Of a stretch of 64,000 nucleotides of DNA, positions 57,514 through 64,000 are shown piece after piece. Position 1 is the stretch's first letter, and every line of letters starts with the position of its first letter. The notes below the pieces were generated by a model. That model did no database searches, had not been told where the DNA came from, and saw only the letters and a list, made by a program, of their open reading frames with translations. A program made the translations under genes and the position numbers. Where the stretch lies: positions 1 to 64,000 of the forward strand of contig CDMY01000239.1 in assembly GCA_001179505.1 (NCBI GenBank). The letters are read 5' to 3'. This DNA is from Vitrella brassicaformis CCMP3155 (taxonomy: Eukaryota > Protista > Chromerida).

Positions 57514-57698
57514 CGATGTCCGCCCCGCTGCACCAACCTACGCATGAAGACGACGCTCTCTAACTACTGCGCTTATTAAGCCAGATGTGTCAGGAGGAGG
57601 AGAAAAAAAACAGGGGGGAGTCGATGACTTTCTTTGCATCTGCGAGCTTACTAGCGATGGCAATCGTCTGATGTTTCGTTTGTTTTCCAAGTCCAGGG

Positions 57699-60600
57699 AT
57701 GCACAACAGGAGGCGCAAAGCAACGGCTGGGGTACAAACAGTCACAGCAAGCAGCCCATCCTACAGATCTTGCTCTTGCATCCATCTATCTATCCTGTGT
57801 TGCGTTCGTGGCTGGTGGGTGATCTGATCAGGAGGCTGTGCCCGCGATTCGCGAGAAGGCGCGACGTGTGACAGAATTGCTGAAGAAGCTGAGCAAGTGC
57901 CGTGCCGAGGGCGCCACGGGAGACGATGCGGCATTGCAACTGACTCAGAGGCTGATAGAGATCAACCCCGACTTTGCCTTCGTGTGGAACTTCCGGCGAG
58001 AGATCATCAGGACGCTACTCAAGCAAGGGCCCGAGAGCGATGTCACTGAGGATGAAGGCGGCGGCACCGGCGGCCTGCTGTGCGATGAGCTGTCGCTGCT
58101 CGAGGGTGCCCTATCGCAGTCTCCCAAGGCTTACTGCCTGTGGTTCCACCGATGGTGGACACTCCTCATGCAGGTAAGTAACGTACATAAAGGGTCCTCC
58201 CTCCCCCCGTATATTTATATGTGCGCTACCCGGGCGGAGCGGGCTACCAACCGACCGACCGACTGCCTTGTTGTGACTGGCCGTCCCCTCCCCTGTTCTC
58301 CTGTCTGTCTGTCTGTCTGTCTGTCTGTCTGCATTATATCAGGGTGTCGGAAGGGACCTGGGACGTGAGTTGGATCTGTGCACCAAGCTGCTCACTGTCG
58401 ACGAGCGCAACTTCCACTGCTGGAACCACCGGCAGCTCATTGTCGCCATGCGAAAACATGCTGGCAACACCACGACACCGGGCCATGACGCAAACGGGCA
58501 ACAAGAGGACACCGCCACACGTAAGCGTCACGCAAAGTCAAACAACTAACTGATCGGGTGCGTGTGGGGAACGCTGGCTGGGTGGTGTGTCGATTGTATG
58601 GCGTCCGTCCGTCCATGAGTCCATCAGGATGGCTGGATGATGATCTTGGCTTCACCTGCGACATGATCGAGAGAAACTTCAGCAACTACTCGGCCTGGCA
58701 CTTAAGGGCACTGACACGCACACAACTGAGCTGCCGGCCCGGCCAGCACACAACCACAGGGGCCACCACCAGCTGCCAGCAGGAGCTGCAATGGATCAAA
58801 CAGGTACCGACGTACGTACGCACGGATACATACATACATGCATTTATTGGTTGTGTGTACATTAATTACATGGGACTCGACGTCGAGAGAGAAGCCAAGG
58901 CAGGACAGAACAGCTTAGCCAACCAACCAGCCAGCACCCAGTCGACTCTGCTGTGATGTGTTGTTGCGTGTGCAGGGCGTCTACACCGAGCCCAGCGATC
59001 AGTCCCTGTGGTTATACCACTGCTGGCTCCTGCACCAGGCGGGACGGCCGCCACTGAGGTGAAGAAATGAATGGCTGTTCGGTTCGATCCTATACATATA
59101 TTCCCCTCCCCTCCCCTCCCTCCAACCGCTACGGCCCCTTCTGCTTTTCTCTGTGACCGCAGATTGGTGGGTGCGGTCGTGGAGTCGAGGAGCGAGCCAG
59201 ACAAGGGTGATTGCAGGCAGTCCGTCCTGCTCTTCTTCTCTGCTGCTTGCTCCATCGATGCGACTAGAAGCCGTGTCGACATCCACCAACCGGAAGGAGA
59301 TGTGCATGCTAGGACCTCCGGTGCATTCTCGCCTCTTGACGCCGATGCAGCCTCTCAGCGGCGGAACTCGCGCATCCCACGACAGCAGCGTCCTTTGCAG
59401 CCCTCGTCTGACGCATGGAGGTTCGACCTGGACGACGGCGTCAGCGTCCCCGGCCGAGCAACCGTCATCCTTCACCTCAGATTCACCGCCCATGGTGGCA
59501 GCCTCCCATCGTTCTATCAGGCATGCTTTCTTCCAACCTTGGGCATAGGAGGCGACACCACGCCGCCGGCTGCACACGAGCCCGCTCTCGAGGTCACATA
59601 CCAATGCGACGTCCCTGGCAACCCACACCGCGGGAGTGTCCTCCACCTGAGCGTGAAGGACAGCTGCCGAGCGGCCTACTGTATTGGTGGGGGCGGGTCG
59701 AGTGTGCGGGACGAGATGCAGCCCTCCGATGGTGCACTGCTGGAGCAGGAGCTGGCTGCCGTAGACGAGCTGCTGCAAATCGAACCCAACTGCTACTACG
59801 CCGTCCTCGCAAAGTGAGTCTGTCAGTGCCAGGGAGGAAGGGAGTGGTACAGGCAGGCAGGCAGGCAGGCAGCTAGGTAGCGCACCAGCGAGTGTACCCA
59901 CCCACCCTGAGCGCCTGCAGGTGTTGGCTCCTTGAGTCGCTTCGTCCCCGCGACCCCCTCCTGTTGGCCAACTACAAGCGGCTGCAGACCCTCGACCCAC
60001 TCAGGAGAGGCTTCTACCAAGACTGCTGGTCAAACGCACTCGTCAGGTACCCAAGTACACACACGCGTCGACCAGAGCGACATAATGTCAGCTGTGGCAC
60101 ACGCAGCCAGGCAGGCAGGCCACGGGGGCTGCTGTGCCACCAGCTTACCCGTCCCTATCTGTCTGTCTGTCTGTCTGTCTGTGTGTATGTGTCAGGATGA
60201 AGGTGCTCGAGCAGGTAGAGCGGGCGACTGAGGGCCCATTGGAGGCCATCGACCTGAGCAGCCTGGGTCTGACTTGCTTGGGCGAGCAGCAACTGCTGCC
60301 AGCGCACGGTATCAAACGAATCGATGTCTCCAACAACAGCATCAGGTAGGGAGGGTGGCGATGCATCCACACACGGCACGGATGTGGCCTGCCTTTGAAG
60401 CTAGTCCGTGGGCAAGCTGGCTCCTCGTCTCGCTGTGCAGGACCCTTGTCGGCTTGCGATGGCTGACAAGCCTGGAGGAGGTGGTTGCGGACCCAGGTGT
60501 GCAGAAGCTACCCAAACTCAGAGGTAAAACAGGGGAAGCGATGACCCTGGCTGCCACAACGGACAACTGGTGTGCTGTCCCAAATGTTATTTGTCAGGTT

Positions 60601-60756
60601 CTTCCAGCTGCCGATAGATATTCCATATATATGTCCCTGTGTCTCTCCATGGTGAGGGCACCTCCCGGGATCCGTCGGATCTATGAGGTGTGTCACGACA
60701 TGAGACCGATGACCGCATGGGTGTATGTATGTATGGATGTATGTGAACGGCAGTAG
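57699..60756 (+). CDS. RABGGTA: Rab geranylgeranyltransferase alpha subunit (PPTA repeats, inserted beta-rich segment, C-terminal LRRs); 3' end approximate
   Basis: MHNRRRK start at 57699. Motifs: NPDFAFVWNFRR, SPKAYCLWFHRWW, DERNFHCWNHR, NFSNYSAWHLR, VYTEPSDQSLWLYHCWLL, ELLQIEPNCYY, TLDPLRRGFY, and LRR IDLSSLGLTCL..IKRIDVSNNSI. Confidence 0.9.
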
Positions 60757-60967
60757 GTACGTACGTACATGAGTGTAGATGGATGGTTCAAACAGTAATT
60801 TGTATGCCGTGCCACGTCTGTATGCATCCAGCCTCCATCCATCATACACCCAGCGAGCGAAAAAGGTCCCATGATGCACACACCCACAGGCAGCATAGAT
60901 AGCATCGAAACCAACAGTCCTCCGTCCACCCGCACAGAGCAAGTGCCGGGTGCGTTGACAACCTCGG

Positions 60968-63541
60968 TCACAAGGCAGTGCCCCTTTCCAAGTTCTGCTT
61001 GAGCTCGCGTGAGTACTCGCCTGAAACAGAAGAAGAGCCGCTTCTTGCTTCCGTGCGTCATGGAACATGGCAGTCCTGACTGACCGAAGTGTCTTTCGAG
61101 TTTCTTGTTGTAGATCTTGTTTCTCTTGTTGATGTACGACACATCCTCGTCCTCCACGTTGGTGCGATGCCGAGAAAACCCTTTCCTGATCACACACACA
61201 TACACACGAGGGAGGACAGACACCAGTGAGTGCGCCTCCTCAGACCGATGCCCTCTCTTCGCGCCCGTCCGTATACGGGAAGTCCACCGTGGCCGCCCGA
61301 CCGTCGGTACCAGCCTACCTTTTCTTCTCCTGCTGTTCGAGTGCCTGGACGAGTTTCTGCTTGGACTGCTCGGAGGCCGTGAACTGGTTGCTGACCAGAC
61401 CCGACGATCCGACGTAAAAACTGTCACCCAGCTCGGTGCGCTGCTTGTCGTAATCCTCACTCTGGAACGCCATGTCACCCACCCTGCCCCAATGCAGCCA
61501 ACACCCACATACACACACACACACACACTTGGTCTGTCTATCTGTCCGCCCACTGTGTGTGAGTGCGTCCTTTTGACCTTTTTTTGTGAGCCCGGTAGGA
61601 TGCGTCTTGGTTGAAGACATTCCACCCGAATGTGTCGTTCTTCTTCCTCTTCTTCTCCTCGCGCTGGTCAACAGCCGCCGCAGTCTCCTGTCAAGGAAGG
61701 AGCACATAGTACATAGCATACCCACAACAGACGCGACGAATGAATGTATCTCTCCACGTGTGTACGTATGGAAGTGTACACAAAGCGGGGAACCCGAGCC
61801 TGGCTGGCTGCATGCACCTCTAGGCAGGTAGGTAGGTAATCGGCCGGGTGTGTGTGGTTGCTTGCTTACCATGAGATACTCCTTGCCCTTGCGTGGCATG
61901 TTGATTGGCCCCAATTCATCCCCATCCGCTCCCTCGTGTCGCTGCCCGTCGGCCTCCCGACCCTGCCCCTGGCCCTCCCTGCCGGCATCACCCTTGCCAG
62001 AGGAAAACTGACGCTTCTTCTCGTCCAAGACCTGATCGACCCCACACACAAGCATACGGTCAGTAAGTATCGCACACAGCCAGATATGGAAGCCAGGGAG
62101 GGAGGGGGGTGAGAGAAATGCACGGCTTACTCACTTCTCGGTTGTTGAGTTTCCTGCTCTGGTTCATCTTCATCTTGAGCTCAAAAAGGCGCCTGCTGCG
62201 CTCGTCGTTGAAGGGCTGCTCGCTGGGCTGTGCACCCGGCATGCCGCCCCCGGACATGTCCGCGTCATCCTCATCCTCATGCTCGTCGGCGTCCTCATCG
62301 ATGGACGGCAGCACAGCCCCACCGCTGCCCTGGTCAGAGGCGGCCATTAACTGCGAGGCGGCTGCCTTGCCTTGAGCCAGGAGCCGCTCAGCCTGCTCCG
62401 ACGCCCGCAGGTTCATCTCGCGACGGAATTGCATGAGGGGGTCGGTCATGGCCAGCTTGGTGTGAGAGGTAGTGCCGGCACTGCCGAACTCACTATCGCC
62501 ATCCAACTCGCCGCAATTCACTACCACAACTGCACACACAAGAAGGGACACACAAATGGATAGACACACAGACAGACAGACAGACAGAGACAGAGACAGA
62601 CAGACAGGTACGTACAGGTGCTGTTGTGTGCAACCACCGGATCGGAGTGAGTACTAATTACCTGGCACTCGAGGCCGGTCGAACTTGTCCGTCGGCACCT
62701 TGGCGATGGCACGCACCACCTCCATCCCGCTGGTGACCTGCCCAAATGCCACATGCTTCCCTGCAAGCAACAACACGCACATGACAACCAACGCACCACA
62801 ACACAATGCAATACAATACCAGGCAGGCAAGTATGAAATATAATTGATGCGTTCGTGCGTTGCCTTGCCTTGCTCCCGCCCTGCCTGTGTTGCGTAGGTA
62901 GGTACCGTCCGTCCGTCCGTACCATCAAGGTGCTGGGCCCTTTTGAGAGTGATGAAGAATTCGCTGGCGTTGGTGTTCCTGCCCTTGTTGGCCATGCTGA
63001 GTACGCCAGCCTGCGAGTGCCGGCGGGAGAAGTTCTCGTCCCTGAAGAACCCCTCATAGATAGAGTCGGCCTGCTCGGGATCCCCGCTCTTGGTCGGCAG
63101 CTGGCTGTCAGGCGTATCGCTCTTGATCCGCAGGTCGCCTGCCTGGATGATGAACCCAGGCAGCACCTTGAAGAACCGACACCCCAAAAAGTGCAGCGGC
63201 CGCTTGGTCAGCTCAGACGCACCATACTCCCCCGTACACAGACCTCGGAAGTTCTCCGCAGTGCGGGGCGTCACGTCGGCATACAGCTCAAACACAATAC
63301 GCTGATCCGATCCAACATTCAAGCAAAACGACATGACATACACACAGCGCACGTGCTCTGCTCTGCTTACCCCTCCGGTGGCTGTGCCGATACTCACATC
63401 CATAAAAACCTGCGTGTGTCACAAGAGAGAGGTCAGGTATTCGTTTGTTTGTGCGCGTGTGTGCCACGTGTGGGATCTGTCCCAGCAACCTACACGAGGA
63501 TTCCTCCCCCTGCGACGCCGCGGCTTCTTCTCCTCAGACAT
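60968..63541 (-). CDS. SYF2: Cyclophilin (PPIase-like) fused in frame to the splicing factor SYF2 domain
   Basis: Cyclophilin motifs: NPR|VFMDVSIG, RIVFELYADVTPRTAENFRGLCTGE, DENF, GVLSMANKGRNTNASEFFIT, HLD|GKHVAFGQV..GMEVV, DRP..|VVVVNCGEL. The same exon continues into RLFELKMKMNQSRKLN, TFGWNVFNQD, DVSYINKRNKIYNKKLERHFG and ELKQNLERGTAL*. Confidence 0.9.
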
Positions 63542-63620
63542 CACCGCGAGAAAAGCAGGAAAACGCCAGAAGCTGGAGAAGGGGAAGGTCACGACAGAGC
63601 TTCTCAGCGCGCAGATTCTT

Positions 63621-63637
63621 CCGTGAAACCGCTCTCT
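63621..63637. promoter_or_regulatory. Candidate promoter motif CCGTGAAACCGCTCTCT in the cyclophilin-SYF2 / BTF3 bidirectional promoter
   Basis: Identical core to the two copies at 46545-46589. Confidence 0.5.
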
Positions 63638-63798
63638 CACTGCGAAGCAACCTAGTTGGAGGAAGGTGAGCCACGGCACTAGACCGTTAGATGCATCCAC
63701 GCGAAGATGCCTGAACGAATGTGTTTGCCTTTGTGAATGATGCCGCAGGCACGACGCGAGTGTGGTGTTTGCTGTTCCCTCTTCTTGGTCATCCCTCG

Positions 63799-64000
63799 AT
63801 GGATGCGGTGTCGACGGACATGCTCAAGGCGCGAGCAGCGCTACGGGAGCGGCTGGGCGATGGTGTGAGGACGGGAGGGAAGGGCAGTGCCCGTCGCAAG
63901 AAGCGAGCGGCACACAAGCCAGCGACGACCGACGACAAGCGCCTGCAGAACACGCTCAAGCGCCTGGGAGTCAACAACATCCCTGGCATCGAGGAGGTCA
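63799..64000 (+). CDS. BTF3: Nascent polypeptide-associated complex beta subunit (BTF3), 5' part; continues beyond the window
   Basis: ATG at 63799: ..[45 protein letters not shown], the conserved NAC-beta N-terminus. Confidence 0.95.
   Translation, partial: MDAVSTDMLKARAALRERLGDGVRTGGKGSARRKKRAAHKPATTDDKRLQNTLKRLGVNNIPGIEEV

Noticed and set aside
62449-62654. Cyclophilin and SYF2 as two separate genes, as the ORF track suggests
   Set aside because: The TAA at 62654-62656 lies inside a GT-AG intron (CCA G|GTAATT..TGCAG|TT GTG), and the spliced frame is continuous into SYF2.

Overview
Intron-rich, GC-rich eukaryotic nuclear DNA, with introns and intergenic regions full of GACA/CA/GGAT/GCAG microsatellites and two 300-N assembly gaps. 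The gene content suggests a photosynthetic relative of Apicomplexa (chromerid, Vitrella-like); this is an inference from a plastid-type RelA/SpoT homolog, TSP1/EGF adhesin-like repeats, a cyclophilin-SYF2 fusion and riboflavin biosynthesis. Genes from left to right: secreted EGF/TSP1-repeat protein (-, runs off the left edge); plastid-type RSH with a degenerate HD hydrolase domain (+); RNPS1-like RRM/RS protein (-); a ~10 kb decayed, intron-containing Helitron, probably Helitron2/Helentron-type, with subterminal repeat arrays (-); hypothetical protein (-); Pelle/IRAK-like kinase with Sfi1-like W repeats (-); DDT/WHIM chromatin protein (+); WD40 protein (-); GTP cyclohydrolase II-pyrimidine reductase fusion (-); PIG-A (+); secreted protein with ricin-B-like segments (-); RRP6 (-); RabGGTase alpha (+); cyclophilin-SYF2 fusion (-); BTF3/NAC-beta (+, runs off the right edge). 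Five gene pairs are arranged head-to-head with only 67-257 bp between start codons. Gene models were built by eye from GT-AG sites and protein motifs, with no database searches, so some exon boundaries and termini are approximate. No rRNA, tRNA or CRISPR array was recognised.
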